DNA of 64,000 nucleotides from Candidatus Poribacteria bacterium (GCA_965242965.1 OZ251518.1:608001-672000), one strand, 5' to 3'; counted from the stretch's first letter, positions 19,801 to 30,192 are shown. Program-made: numbers and translations. The notes: generated by a model from the sequence alone, not told the origin.

Positions 19801-20678
19801 TGCGGTGGCCCTCCCTGTCCTTCTTGTGCGGGTGGAGCTTGCGGCAAAGCAACCATCGTCGTCTGGCTCATCGTGTTGGGCGGCGTTCCCGTTTGCATCT
19901 GCGTTGTCTCAACGCTTTGAGGACGCGAATCTTCCCCTTTCACGGTGATTAAAACGCGCACGGCATAAGGGTTGCTGTCTTCCTGTTCCCATGAATCATA
20001 CCAAGTCCCTTCGTCACCGAGGTATTTCAGATCGAAGTTGACAATTCCGGTGACGAGTGTTGCACTCTGAAAGTAGACAGGCTCGCCGTTTTCGTCGGTT
20101 TGTGGGACCGTGCCGGTATCCATCAAGGAACCGATAACCACTTCCGGATTAAGCGCAGTAGTTGTCACCCGGTAAAGTGCTAGTTCCTCTGTCTCTGTTG
20201 CGGCGTTCGGGAGTTGGAAGTTGTTCCCGCCGGTGCCTCCCGGCGGCATCTCTGCCCGAACGAAATAGGCGACGCGCTGAACATCGCTCATCAACGGCGG
20301 CACAGCCAAACTGCTGCTCGTTTGTTGGCGACTGGCGTTGAGTTGCGCCAAAAACGGATCTGGGGCTGTCCTCACCAACGTGACGAAACTGAGCATATCC
20401 CGTTCTCCCGAATCAGAAGGCACGTCTTGTGTGTATAGCACAAAATCGGGCTCTTCCGGTGCGGCTTGGAAGTGCTTCAGATCGGTCGCGAGCGTATCTA
20501 ACGCTACCCGAGTCCGCTGAGCGGCGAGTATCTTCGCCCCAGTCTGGTGATAGGCATCAAGCGAGGTTTTGAATACGGCATAGGCTGCACCGGCGATAAT
20601 GGCGAGCACGCTCACAGAGACGAGCATCTCGACGAGGGTAAAGCCGCTTTCATGGGGTGCTGTGTAACGCGTATGCAT
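19797..20678 (-). CDS. gspJ: GspJ-like minor pseudopilin
   Basis: Prepilin motif G|FTLVEML; C-terminal WYDSW...PYAVRV. Confidence 0.7.
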   Translation of the reverse strand: MHTRYTAPHESGFTLVEMLVSVSVLAIIAGAAYAVFKTSLDAYHQTGAKILAAQRTRVALDTLATDLKHFQAAPEEPDFVLYTQDVPSDSGERDMLSFVTLVRTAPDPFLAQLNASRQQTSSSLAVPPLMSDVQRVAYFVRAEMPPGGTGGNNFQLPNAATETEELALYRVTTTALNPEVVIGSLMDTGTVPQTDENGEPVYFQSATLVTGIVNFDLKYLGDEGTWYDSWEQEDSNPYAVRVLITVKGEDSRPQSVETTQMQTGTPPNTMSQTTMVALPQAPPAQEGQGGPPQ

Positions 20679-20743
20679 CCGATGTTCCTCGCTCAGTGGA
20701 CAGTGGACAGTGGACGCAGTTTTTAACCGCGCCCACCGGTTTT

Positions 20744-21136
20744 TTATTGCCCCTGCTGTTTCTGCCTATCCGCCACGTATGTGTGCATAGACATTGAACG
20801 TTCCTTGCCGAGGTGCTGCCATGATACTGTCATCTGAACCCGCCGCACGCCTTGCACCTCTTCGGATTGGACATCTTCCACGATAGACTGCCACTGATAG
20901 CGCGAGTTTTCCCCGAATTCGCCGCTCTCTTCACCCACCTCCGGATAGCCGTTCACCTCAATATCCTCCAGCCGAAATTTGATGAGGTAGAGGGCTGTCG
21001 TCTGATTATCGGAGAGTGCCTGATTTCGGGCTGTTGAGGAGAAAACTTGCAACAGCGCGGGTAGCACGGCGGACAAAATCGCCAGGGTTACCAAGATTTC
21101 AACGAGCGTAAACCCGTGTTCGTTGGAAGTGTGCAT
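20744..21136 (-). CDS. gspI: GspI-like minor pseudopilin
   Basis: MHTSNEHG|FTLVEIL; about 130 aa; start trimmed to ATG 21136 because the upstream frame is repeat-derived. Confidence 0.7.
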   Translation of the reverse strand: MHTSNEHGFTLVEILVTLAILSAVLPALLQVFSSTARNQALSDNQTTALYLIKFRLEDIEVNGYPEVGEESGEFGENSRYQWQSIVEDVQSEEVQGVRRVQMTVSWQHLGKERSMSMHTYVADRQKQQGQ

Positions 21137-21159
21137 GGTTTTTATTTTGCTTCCGCACA

Positions 21160-21305
21160 GCGAGGGACAGGCCCTCGCCCTACGGGACAGGTGCCCAGAG
21201 ACCGTAGTTCGGGATCGCCTGATCCCGAACGGGTACCGTCGCACGGCGAGGGAAACCCGCTCGCATGCGCGTGTGGCATGCGAGGGCCCTCGCCCTACGG
21301 GACGG
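21160..21305. repeat. REP-like palindromes between gspH and gspI
   Basis: GCGAGGGACAGGCCCTCGCCCTAC; GTAGTTCGGGATCGCCTGATCCCGAAC. Confidence 0.8.
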
Positions 21306-21333
21306 GTACCGTGTGTTGTGGAATGCAGTTGGT

Positions 21334-22287
21334 TTATTGAGAACGTTCATTATCTTCAAACCCCAGTTCTGCAACTTCTTCATTCGTAAGTTGTCGGACG
21401 CTGACGCGCCCACTCGCCGCCTCAACGGTGACAGACATCACCCGATTTTGACGATTACGAAGATAAATCTGTGTATCCTCAGAAGACGCAGTCGGCGAGA
21501 AGTAGACATACTCCACTCCCGAATTGGCGTGCGCTGTCTGTCCGTTATGGTTCGTTATCACTGCTTCAAGCGTCACCTGCTGTTCCAACGCCTGCGGCAC
21601 GCCGAGGATGCCGCCCGTGCGCGTTAATCCCTGTTGGACAGTTTCCGCTGCGGTGGTGTTTTGTCGAAAAGTCGTTCCCTCTGTCAGCACCGAAGCCAGC
21701 GGTTCTTGCGGATTGAACGTTTCGCTGGAGGCGAGCCAGCACTGCTCCCTGTCCAGGTCTAACACGACGAGATGCCCTGTCCGTTCCGTGATGGCCATAT
21801 CTCGCGCGAAAACGAGCAGGTTGCGGACAGTTTGCGCCGATGCCTTCAATCGGCGTGTCGAAGCAAAGCCTTTCAGCGCGGGCATGGAAATCGCGGACAG
21901 CACGGCGATGATTGCCATGACGAGGAGTAGTTCCATCATCGTGAAGCCGTGCGCGGAAACGTTTTTGGTTTCTGTCGGGCGATCGCGAGGGACAGGCCCT
22001 CGCGCTACGGCAGCCGGAGCGGTTTTTGTCTTAAACTGGCGATCGCGAGGGACAGGCCCTCGCGCTACGGTGTCCGGAGCGGCTTTCGTCTTAAGCGGAT
22101 GTTCGCGAGGGACAGGCCCTCGCGCTACGGTGTCCGGAGCGGTTTTTGTTTCAAGCGGGCGATCGCGAGGGACAGGCCCTCGCGCTACGGTAGCCGGATA
22201 GACGGTATCCGGATAGGACGAGTGTGCGTCAGTTGTTCGCCTGCTGCCCTGACTGCCAATTGGTAATGTCCGCGTCAAAATTCTCAC
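21334..22287 (-). CDS. gspH: GspH/FimT-like pseudopilin with a REP-expanded leader; start codon uncertain
   Basis: G|FTMMELLLVMAII; the only in-frame start upstream of the cleavage site is GTG 22287. Confidence 0.65.
   Translation of the reverse strand: MRILTRTLPIGSQGSRRTTDAHSSYPDTVYPATVARGPVPRDRPLETKTAPDTVARGPVPREHPLKTKAAPDTVARGPVPRDRQFKTKTAPAAVARGPVPRDRPTETKNVSAHGFTMMELLLVMAIIAVLSAISMPALKGFASTRRLKASAQTVRNLLVFARDMAITERTGHLVVLDLDREQCWLASSETFNPQEPLASVLTEGTTFRQNTTAAETVQQGLTRTGGILGVPQALEQQVTLEAVITNHNGQTAHANSGVEYVYFSPTASSEDTQIYLRNRQNRVMSVTVEAASGRVSVRQLTNEEVAELGFEDNERSQ
21961..22200. repeat. Four 60-bp tandem units, each carrying a REP-like palindrome
   Basis: TCGCGAGGGACAGGCCCTCGCGCTACGG at period 60. 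Confidence 0.9.
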
Positions 22288-22717
22288 CCCCTACTCTGCC
22301 ATCTTTGCCGAGGGAATAAAGATCATAGTCGTAGCCAGGGTGTGTGCCTGGATAACGATAGACATAGGCGTTGTTCCAAGGGTCCAGAAAACTCTCGCTT
22401 TTGATATAAGGCCCAGACCAGTTTTGCGGTGTGGGGCTCGGTGCCCGCCACAACGCATCCAAGCCTTGCTCAGTCGACGGGTAATCGCCAATTTGCACGG
22501 CGTAGAGGTCCAAGGCGGTTTTGAGGTTTCCGATTTCAAGCCGTGCTTTTGAGACGCGCGCCCGTTGCGGTGCATCCATGATGCGCGGCGCGATGAACGT
22601 CGCCAAAATGCCTAAAATCACGATAACGATGGTAAGTTCAATCAGGGTTAACCCTGATTCATCCGCAAGGAGAGCATTCCGCTTGCGGGAATTGGCTGTT
22701 CTGCGTTGCGTTTGCAT
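22229..22717 (-). CDS. gspG: Major pseudopilin
   Basis: G|LTLIEL; YPSTEQGLDAL, WSGPY, DPWNNAYVYRYPG, DLYSLGKDG, DITNW. Confidence 0.92.
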   Translation of the reverse strand: MQTQRRTANSRKRNALLADESGLTLIELTIVIVILGILATFIAPRIMDAPQRARVSKARLEIGNLKTALDLYAVQIGDYPSTEQGLDALWRAPSPTPQNWSGPYIKSESFLDPWNNAYVYRYPGTHPGYDYDLYSLGKDGRVGGENFDADITNWQSGQQANN

Positions 22718-22814
22718 GTCAATCTCCTATAACAGTGGCAATCCTCACGGACTGCTGTTGGACTTTAGACCCGGTTAAGGGTAGAAGGTTCTTTTTTTTT
22801 AGGGCTTGCGATTT

Positions 22815-22984
22815 CCGTGAGCGCGTTTTCAAACCGCGCCTAACCTCTGTAGTTCAGGATCGCCTGATCCTGATCCGTTCGGGAGCGGGCACTCCCGAAC
22901 TACAGAAGTGGGCCCGATGCTTTCCGGTATTCGCCCGCCCTCCACGGCGGGATAAATACCGAAACGGAGTTATGAAACACTCTC
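22815..22984. mobile_element. Partial MITE-like element end with REP modules
   Basis: Ends ...GAAACGGAGTTATGAAACACTCTC (22970-22984). Confidence 0.65.
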
Positions 22985-22997
22985 ACCTAAATCCTTT

Positions 22998-24221
22998 TCA
23001 ACCGCTGAGCAATTGCTGCGCCTCGAAAATCGGCAGAATCATCGCCACAGCGATGAAGCCGATAATGAGCCCCATCAGCAAGATGACGAGTGGGCCGATT
23101 GAACCTGTCAACCGTTCCAGACTCTTCTTAATTTCCAGATCGTAGTATTCCGATAGTTTTGTGAGCATGTGCGCCGGCTCACCGGATTCCTCGCCTACGG
23201 CTACCATGTGCGTGACAAAGGGTGGAAAATCGCTGTTCCTGCTGAGTTCACGGGAGAGCGTGGAGCCTTGTTCGACCTCTTTCTCTGCGGCGGCAACGGC
23301 GTTGCTATACACCTTATTCCCGATTGTATCCTTGGCGACCTGGAGTGCTGGCAGCATGCGCACACCGTTTTCCAAAAGCGTTGCCATCGTGCGCGTAAAG
23401 CGAACAATCGCGAAGGTGCTGAAAATCGAACCGATGAGGGGCAGTTTAATCTTGAATTTATCGAACCAGACCTGGCCTGCCTCCATCTGCATCGCGCGCC
23501 GGACTGCGAAAACGGTGGCAATCACGGCGAGGAGCCCTACCCACCAATATTGCCGAAACGCCCCGGTCGTGCTGATCAGCACTTGTGTGGGGAGCGGCAG
23601 TGCAACGCCTAAGTCGGTAAACATTGCGGCGAACTGCGGCACGACAACAACCATCAGCACTGCGACGGCGGTGATGCTGAGTGTCAACAGAATCGCGGGA
23701 TAGAAGAGCGCGGAGATAACATCGTTTTTGAGGAGGCGCTGCCGTTCGGCGAATTCCGCTAAACGTTCCAGGACTAGCCCAAGCACACCGCCGCTCTCGC
23801 CTGCCTTCACCATGTTAATGTAAAGGTTCGAGAATACCTTCGGATGTTGATTCAGCGCGTCGTGAAACGTCGCGCCGTGCTCGACATCGTGCTTGACTTG
23901 CGAGACGATGCGGCGCAGCGCGGGGCTGTGAATCTGTCCCAGCGTCACCTCCAACGCCCGCGGCAGCGCGACGTGCGCGCTCACCAAGGTAGCGAGTTGG
24001 TAGGTAAAGAACTCGACATCGGCCGATTTGACTTTGCCTTGCCCAATGCGCATCCACCGCGTCACATCGGTTTTCGCATCTTCACCCTCCTCCACAATTT
24101 GCGTGGGCCAGTAGCCCATCTGCCTTAATCGGGAGATGAGTTCGGCTTTGGAGTCCGCCTCCAACGTATTTTTAACGGTACCGCCCCCATGCGTGAGGGC
24201 CTCATATCGGAATCGTGGCAT
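22998..24221 (-). CDS. gspF: T2SS/T4P inner-membrane platform protein
   Basis: HPKVFSNLYINMVKAGESGG, ALFYPAILL, MVAVGEESG, AMILPIF. Confidence 0.92.
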   Translation of the reverse strand: MPRFRYEALTHGGGTVKNTLEADSKAELISRLRQMGYWPTQIVEEGEDAKTDVTRWMRIGQGKVKSADVEFFTYQLATLVSAHVALPRALEVTLGQIHSPALRRIVSQVKHDVEHGATFHDALNQHPKVFSNLYINMVKAGESGGVLGLVLERLAEFAERQRLLKNDVISALFYPAILLTLSITAVAVLMVVVVPQFAAMFTDLGVALPLPTQVLISTTGAFRQYWWVGLLAVIATVFAVRRAMQMEAGQVWFDKFKIKLPLIGSIFSTFAIVRFTRTMATLLENGVRMLPALQVAKDTIGNKVYSNAVAAAEKEVEQGSTLSRELSRNSDFPPFVTHMVAVGEESGEPAHMLTKLSEYYDLEIKKSLERLTGSIGPLVILLMGLIIGFIAVAMILPIFEAQQLLSG

Positions 24222-24320
24222 TTTTTGTTGTTCCTCTCGCTATTGGGACGGACACAAATTCCATACTTGCTCGTTAGTAGACGCGGTTTGCAACCGAAGG
24301 TGCCCTGCGTGAGTCCTCCG

Positions 24321-26078
24321 CTAAACAACGTCCCCCAGGTCGATCTCTTCTTCCTGTGTCAACCGAACGATTTCATCGACGGTAGTCAAGCCAGCGGCAA
24401 CTTTGCGCCAGCCATCTTCGCGGAGGCTCTTCATCCCGAGTTGGATTGCCAGTCGGCGGATCTCGCTCGTTGATGCTTGTTTGAGTGCCAATCCCCGAAT
24501 TTCTTCGTTCATGAACAGCACTTCAAAAATGCCGATTCTGCCTCTGTAACCTCTGCCGCGGCATTCTTGGCATCCTACCGCGCGCGGAATCAGCTGGTCT
24601 GCCGCCACACGCGTTCCGTTATGTCCATTGAAAATGCTGGCGATTTCGTGCATATCGGGTTGATACATTTCACAACACGCGCTGCAGACGCGCCGCGCCA
24701 GCCGCTGCGCGATGATACCTTCTACCGTCGACGAAACGAGATACGGTTCAACCTTCATATCAACGAGCCGCGTGATGGCACCCGGTGCATCGTTGGTGTG
24801 CAGCGTGCTGAAGACGAGGTGTCCTGTCAGCGACGTATGAATCGCCATCTCCGCTGTTTCATAATCGCGAATTTCGCCGACTAGCACCTTGTCCGGGTCT
24901 TGACGTAAGATGTGTCTCAATCCCTCGGCGAAGGTGAAGTCAATATCCGGATTAACTTGGATCTGGTTAATCCCCTCCAACTCGTATTCCACCGGGTCTT
25001 CCAGCGTGATAATTTTGACATCGGGTGTGTTGATTTCTTTCAGGCAGGCGTAAAGCGAAGTGGTTTTCCCACTCCCGGTCGGTCCCGTGGCGAGGATAAT
25101 GCCGTGCGGTTTGCGAATCATTCTGTGAAAAAGCGCGAGGTTATCCTCAGTCAAACCGAGTTCGGCGAGCCCGAATTCAATGGACTGCCGGTCGAGGATA
25201 CGGAGGACGACGCTCTCGCCGTGAAGCGTTGCAACAGTAGGGACTGTCGATACACGCAGGTCGATCTGCCGGTTCCCGACGCTGCCGATTTGTCGGCTAA
25301 TTTTGCCATCCTGCGGCCGCCGACGTTCGGCGACATCCATCCCCGCCATAATTTTGATACGCGAGGTAATGGCGGATTGCAGATACGCGGGCGGTTGCGG
25401 CTGGTCCTCCAAGACACCGTCCACTCGAAACCGAATCTTGAGTTGCGTCGGATAGGGCTCAATGTGGATGTCGCTCGCGCCCATGCGGACAGCATCAATG
25501 ATCATCTGGTCTACGGCGTTAATCACCGTCGGATCTTGACTGAGGTCCTTCTCATCAATGCCGAAGTCATCAATAGTCTCGCGTTCAAAGGTATCGGTTG
25601 CGCCGACAGGGCCTTTGATACCGGCACTCAGCAGGCTTTCTGCTGTTCTGCCGTAAAGTCGGACAATTGCCTCATCAATTTCCGCTTCATCGGCGAGGAG
25701 CGGGGTGATTTGGCAATCAGTGACGAGTTGGATTTCGTCAATGAGCACCACGTTCAGCACATCTGCCATTGCGATGGTGAGGACATCGCCGTCTAACCGC
25801 ACTGGCACGATTTTATTGCGATAGGCGAATCCGGGGGAGACCTTCTCGAGTGCCTCCGGTTCCGGTGTTACGCCTTCCAATTGGATGCACGGTGTGCTGT
25901 ATTCAATGCTTTTCTTGGCGAGTGCGAGTGCTTCGGGCGGCACGTGCTTGGCTAGCACCGCGCTCTCCGATGCCCCGGTCTGCTGCATTTCCGCTAAGAT
26001 TTCCTCGGAGGCTTGTTCCGAGATAAGGGCTGCTTGCCGCATTGTATCAACGATGGAATTATTCAAGTTATGTTGCAT
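24321..26078 (-). CDS. gspE: GspE/PilB-family secretion ATPase
   Basis: ASDIHIEP, Walker A GPTGSGKTT, TLEDPVEY, LRQDPD, TGHLVFSTLHTN, CxxC-CxxC; start taken at ATG 26078. Confidence 0.92.
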   Translation of the reverse strand: MQHNLNNSIVDTMRQAALISEQASEEILAEMQQTGASESAVLAKHVPPEALALAKKSIEYSTPCIQLEGVTPEPEALEKVSPGFAYRNKIVPVRLDGDVLTIAMADVLNVVLIDEIQLVTDCQITPLLADEAEIDEAIVRLYGRTAESLLSAGIKGPVGATDTFERETIDDFGIDEKDLSQDPTVINAVDQMIIDAVRMGASDIHIEPYPTQLKIRFRVDGVLEDQPQPPAYLQSAITSRIKIMAGMDVAERRRPQDGKISRQIGSVGNRQIDLRVSTVPTVATLHGESVVLRILDRQSIEFGLAELGLTEDNLALFHRMIRKPHGIILATGPTGSGKTTSLYACLKEINTPDVKIITLEDPVEYELEGINQIQVNPDIDFTFAEGLRHILRQDPDKVLVGEIRDYETAEMAIHTSLTGHLVFSTLHTNDAPGAITRLVDMKVEPYLVSSTVEGIIAQRLARRVCSACCEMYQPDMHEIASIFNGHNGTRVAADQLIPRAVGCQECRGRGYRGRIGIFEVLFMNEEIRGLALKQASTSEIRRLAIQLGMKSLREDGWRKVAAGLTTVDEIVRLTQEEEIDLGDVV

Positions 26079-26290
26079 TTTAGTGAGTCCTGCTGGCAAT
26101 CTATCAGCCAACATTGCTTGTGTATTTTTACCGATGCGCGGGTCTATTATATGATTTTGACGTGAATAGGAGCAAATAGGTTTAATAAAAATGCAGGACG
26201 ATTCAGTTTCAGAGGAATTGTTGGGACAAATTTCTGTTTGTGCCGAGTGTGAGGCGGATATAGAAATCCGCCCTAACCCATTATTTGATA

Positions 26291-27124
26291 TTATTGGCTC
26301 GCCTTCTCAATCCGCCGGATTGCCTTTTGCGCGGCGCGTCGAACAGATTTGGAAGAATCGGTGAGCGCGCCTCTCAAAGCGGCGAGAGTTTCATCTGAGT
26401 TATCGTGCATATCAGACAATTCTTCTATCGCATTGGTTCGGACTTTCGAGGAATTGTCGGTGAGGCTTGCGATGAGCGCGTCACGGATAGTGGCGGTAGG
26501 TTGTCCCTTTTCCGCCAACTTCTCGCCGATACGTCCTAACGCGTCAAGGACATCAGAACGTTCGCGTGAAGAGCCGATGGTTCGCCTTGCGATGAGCGCG
26601 GGGACGACAACAGCGAGGGATTCCGGGGATGTCGGGCGCACATCCTTGAGTTCTTCGAGTGCCTCGCGCCGGACCCTTTCGGCAGGATCGCTGAGGGCTG
26701 CCGCCAAGCCGCTGGCGATAGCATCCGTATTCTGTCCCGCTTTCCGCGCGTCTTCTCCGATTTCGCCTAACGCTTCTACGACTTTCTCGCGCACGCGTTC
26801 AGACGAGTCGTTGAGCATCTCGATAAGGGCGGCGGTGGCAGGTGTTCCGAGTTCTTTGAGGAAATCGAGGAATTGCTGTTTCACCGCTCTGGATTCATCG
26901 GCTAGCGTTGGCGCGAGTTGCGCGAGCAATTCTGCCTGCCAGGTTGCCTTGAGCGTTTCGTGCTCGGCTTTAATCGCGTTGAATTTTTCGGTAAGTTGGG
27001 CGAATTCCTCGCCGCGTGCCTCCGCTGTGCCGGTGTGGAATTGCGACATTTGGCTCATGCCTACGCCGATGGACAGGACGCTGGCGAGTATGACTATGAA
27101 CCATGTTGAGGGTCTGAGTCTCAT
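26291..27124 (-). CDS. HEAT-repeat protein with N-terminal membrane anchor or signal peptide
   Basis: Repeated LxDxxxxVRxxAxxxL motifs. Confidence 0.8.
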   Translation of the reverse strand: MRLRPSTWFIVILASVLSIGVGMSQMSQFHTGTAEARGEEFAQLTEKFNAIKAEHETLKATWQAELLAQLAPTLADESRAVKQQFLDFLKELGTPATAALIEMLNDSSERVREKVVEALGEIGEDARKAGQNTDAIASGLAAALSDPAERVRREALEELKDVRPTSPESLAVVVPALIARRTIGSSRERSDVLDALGRIGEKLAEKGQPTATIRDALIASLTDNSSKVRTNAIEELSDMHDNSDETLAALRGALTDSSKSVRRAAQKAIRRIEKASQ

Positions 27125-27209
27125 GTTGTTTTCCTCCTAGCGTGATTCGTGATTAACTTCGGGGATTATCATTTTAACATGAATGCCGAAGTTTTTGCCA
27201 CATTAACTT

Positions 27210-27590
27210 GAGGGTGCTTCATAAATCGCTCAACGCGCGCGGGGACATGCCTTCGCGATACGGTAAAAAACGCCTTCTTTCACGTAGGGCGAGGGCCTGT
27301 CCCTCGCCATGCCTCGCGCAATCCAGCGATCGCGGGTGAAACCCTCTCGGATGCGCGTGTGGCATCCGAGGGCCCCCGCGCTCCGATGAAAATAACGCCT
27401 TCCCTTTACGTAGGGCGAGGGCCTGTCCCTCGCCATCGTTCACGCGCCAGGCCCTGTAGGTCAAGATCGCCTGATCTTGACCCGTTCGGGAGCGGGTGCT
27501 CCCGAACTACAGAAGTGGGCCCGATGCCTGCTGGTATTCGTCCTTCCCCAAGGCGGGATAAATTCCGAAACGGAGTTATGAAACACCCGC
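27210..27590. mobile_element. MITE-like element, complete (381 bp), carrying REP modules
   Basis: Terminal inverted repeats GAGGGTGCTTCATAA / TTATGAAACACCCGC; no ORF of note. Confidence 0.75.
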
Positions 27591-27592
27591 AA

Positions 27593-29500
27593 TTATTCTC
27601 CATAAAATGCGCGGTTCAAAACTTTATCCTCATCGCCGACTCGGAAATCCTCATCCTCCATCTCCGAGAGGTTGACGTAGAGCTGATTCTTATCTAGCAG
27701 CTCCATCAGCAGTGCCCGCTGCTTTTCTATGTCCCCAATGGCGATGAAATCTGCCACCGCCTCTTCGGGAACCTCAGGATTGACATACCAATTCAGGAAC
27801 GACTCTCGTGCCATATCGCGCCAGAGTTGCACCAGTTCGTCGCTGGTGCGCGCCGCTTGAATGCGCGCAACAAAAATGGCGTTGTAGGGCATCAGTTCAC
27901 AAGAAAGAAAATCTGTTTTGACAAGTCCCTCTTGCGCGAGGACCTTTTCAAGCCGCTCTCTGCAGACAGCGACATGCTCTTCCAATTGTTCGACGAGGAT
28001 AAACTGCCTTTTACCCCCCCCTTTACATCTATTAAGTTCAACTACGGCGTGGCCTGTTGTGCCAGAGCCTGCGAAGAAATCCACGATGATGTCGCCAGCA
28101 TTCGTCGTGAGTTTCAGGATGTCCATGACGGTATAGAGGGATTTGGGATAACTAAACAAGTTTCTCCCATCGAACATCTTTTTTAAGAGTCCAGTCCCGT
28201 GATGGTTCGCATCATACCGTGCGTCTGTCCACATGGTTTTCGCCTTGTTCTTTTTGCGGACGATTTTCCGATAAACCTTGTATTCGCTCCCGACTTTTCG
28301 CACGTAGATTTTCCCCTCGTTCAGTTCCTCCAGAAAGGATTCTCTGATCAACTTCCACGTTCGCATCCCATTTTTCCCCATCGGCAAGAGTTTCACGAAG
28401 TCTTCGCCGCCATCTTTCAAGGTAATTTCTTGAGTTGTGGGGTTGTAAAAAATAGGATAATAGAGTGACGGGCGTGTGTCAGGAGTTGCGTCTTCTCTGG
28501 CACGGACGAAAGATTCCTCTTCGATTTCGTCAGTCGTTTCAAATCGGAAATCTTCTTGAATCCTTTTCGCGTCTTTGGCGTAAATGAGCGCGTACTCATG
28601 AACCGTGGAGAAAAAACGGCTTTGAGTTGTTCCCCTCGGATGATGCCTAATGCAAAGAACACCGATTTTGTTCTCTCTGCCGAAAACCTCATCCAAAAGC
28701 ACTCCCAAGTAAAATAATTCGGCATCATTAATTGCAACGGTAATCATGCCATCGTCTCTCAACAATTCCTTCGCCACCTCTAATCGGTTCCTCATGAAGG
28801 TTAACCACGTGGAATGATTAAAGGTGTTGTTGTAGGTAAAGCTGTCCGCTGCACCGCCGGTGTTATACGGCGGATCGATGTAGACACACTTCACCTTACT
28901 CCGGAACTGCAACTTCAGACTATGAAGTGCCAACAGATTGTTCCCCTTGACAAGTAGGTTTTCACGAATCGTGCCGGTTGTGTCGCGTCTGATAGCAGAT
29001 ACTGGCTGTGCGCCGGCGGCCGTGTGCCGTTTCCAATTCGTGAGCACCTTCGGCGCGAGGAGCCGGTTAATCTCATCAGGCGCAAGGAGTTCGTTGAAGA
29101 ATATCTCGGTGCGTTTCTCTTCTTCGCGCGTTTGGCCGCCTTCTAAGACGCAGTCCTTGTAAGGCCAGACGAGTGCGACTTCGCCGCGTTCAGGTAGAAA
29201 CTTCTCGTCAATGTTTAAGCCGATCTTGTTGCGGAATCGGGTATATGCATCGGCGAGGAAGTTTTTGTCGGAGAGGTAGGTAATGAAGGCGTTGTAGTTG
29301 AAAATCCAGTGTCCATCGATTTCGGTGAAAAACTTCGCCTTGCATTCGGGTTCGCTGAGGAGGTGTTTGATGAGTGCGGTGTCCAGTTTCCACGCGCTAT
29401 CTTTAGCGGCGGCGGGGATGAATTCACCTGCGTTATCAACGAAACGTCTGTCGGTTTTCAGGCGTGCGATGAGTTTTTGGTTGAAGTTATCTGTTGGCAT
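27593..29500 (-). CDS. mod: Type III R-M Mod-like adenine DNA methyltransferase (no adjacent res)
   Basis: NLLVKGNNLLAL, YIDPPYNTG, HSTWLTFMRNRL, DFFAGSGTTG; N-terminus LVWPYKDCVLEGGQT. Confidence 0.85.
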   Translation of the reverse strand: MPTDNFNQKLIARLKTDRRFVDNAGEFIPAAAKDSAWKLDTALIKHLLSEPECKAKFFTEIDGHWIFNYNAFITYLSDKNFLADAYTRFRNKIGLNIDEKFLPERGEVALVWPYKDCVLEGGQTREEEKRTEIFFNELLAPDEINRLLAPKVLTNWKRHTAAGAQPVSAIRRDTTGTIRENLLVKGNNLLALHSLKLQFRSKVKCVYIDPPYNTGGAADSFTYNNTFNHSTWLTFMRNRLEVAKELLRDDGMITVAINDAELFYLGVLLDEVFGRENKIGVLCIRHHPRGTTQSRFFSTVHEYALIYAKDAKRIQEDFRFETTDEIEEESFVRAREDATPDTRPSLYYPIFYNPTTQEITLKDGGEDFVKLLPMGKNGMRTWKLIRESFLEELNEGKIYVRKVGSEYKVYRKIVRKKNKAKTMWTDARYDANHHGTGLLKKMFDGRNLFSYPKSLYTVMDILKLTTNAGDIIVDFFAGSGTTGHAVVELNRCKGGGKRQFILVEQLEEHVAVCRERLEKVLAQEGLVKTDFLSCELMPYNAIFVARIQAARTSDELVQLWRDMARESFLNWYVNPEVPEEAVADFIAIGDIEKQRALLMELLDKNQLYVNLSEMEDEDFRVGDEDKVLNRAFYGE

Positions 29501-29554
29501 AGTGGTTTCCTTTGCGGCGGTTCAACGTTCGCCGAGATGTTGTCGATGAATACT

Positions 29555-29583
29555 ATTTTACCCGAAATTGCGATTTGTGTCAA
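29555..29583 (-). promoter_or_regulatory. sigma70-like promoter for mod
   Basis: TTGACA-17-TAAAAT. Confidence 0.55.
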
Positions 29584-29599
29584 CTATTTTTCTACTATG

Positions 29600-30160
29600 T
29601 CAAGACCGGGAGGTCTTGATATCGTCTGCGCAATCCAACGCTCGCGGGGGAAACCCGCTCGGATGCGCGTGTGGCATCCGAGGGCCCCCGCGCTACGAAA
29701 AAAATAACGCCTGCCTTTCACCGTAGGGCGAGGGCCTGTCCCTCGCCATCGTTCATGCACGCGTCATTTGACGCTCGCGGAGGACAGGCCCCCGCGCTAC
29801 GGGGAAAAAAACGGCACTTCACCGTAGGGCGAGGGCCTGTCCCTCGCCATCGTGCGTGCGCCAGGCTCTGTAAGTCAGGATCGCCTGATCCTGACCCGTT
29901 TGTGATCAGGCGATCACAAACTACAGAGGTGGAAACACACATCGTGACAATGGAGATCGCGGGGGACAGGCCCCCGCGCTACGATGAAAAAACGGTTCTT
30001 GAACCATCGCGGGGGACAGGCCCCCGCGCTACGATAAAAACGCCCCCCCCTCACCGTAGGGCGAGGGCCTGTCCCTCGCCATCGTGCGTGCACCCCAACG
30101 CTCGCGGGAGACAGGCCCCCGCGCTACGGAACATCGAGACCAGGAGGTCTCTCCTACCGG
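29600..30160. repeat. REP-like palindrome cluster
   Basis: Same modules as 11205-11990, with long near-identical blocks. Confidence 0.9.
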
Positions 30161-30192
30161 AGCATCTGTCGATTTCCGAATACTGAATTGTC

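Noticed and set aside
20694-20715. CAGTGGA x3 heptamer repeat
   Set aside because: Too short and isolated to support a function.
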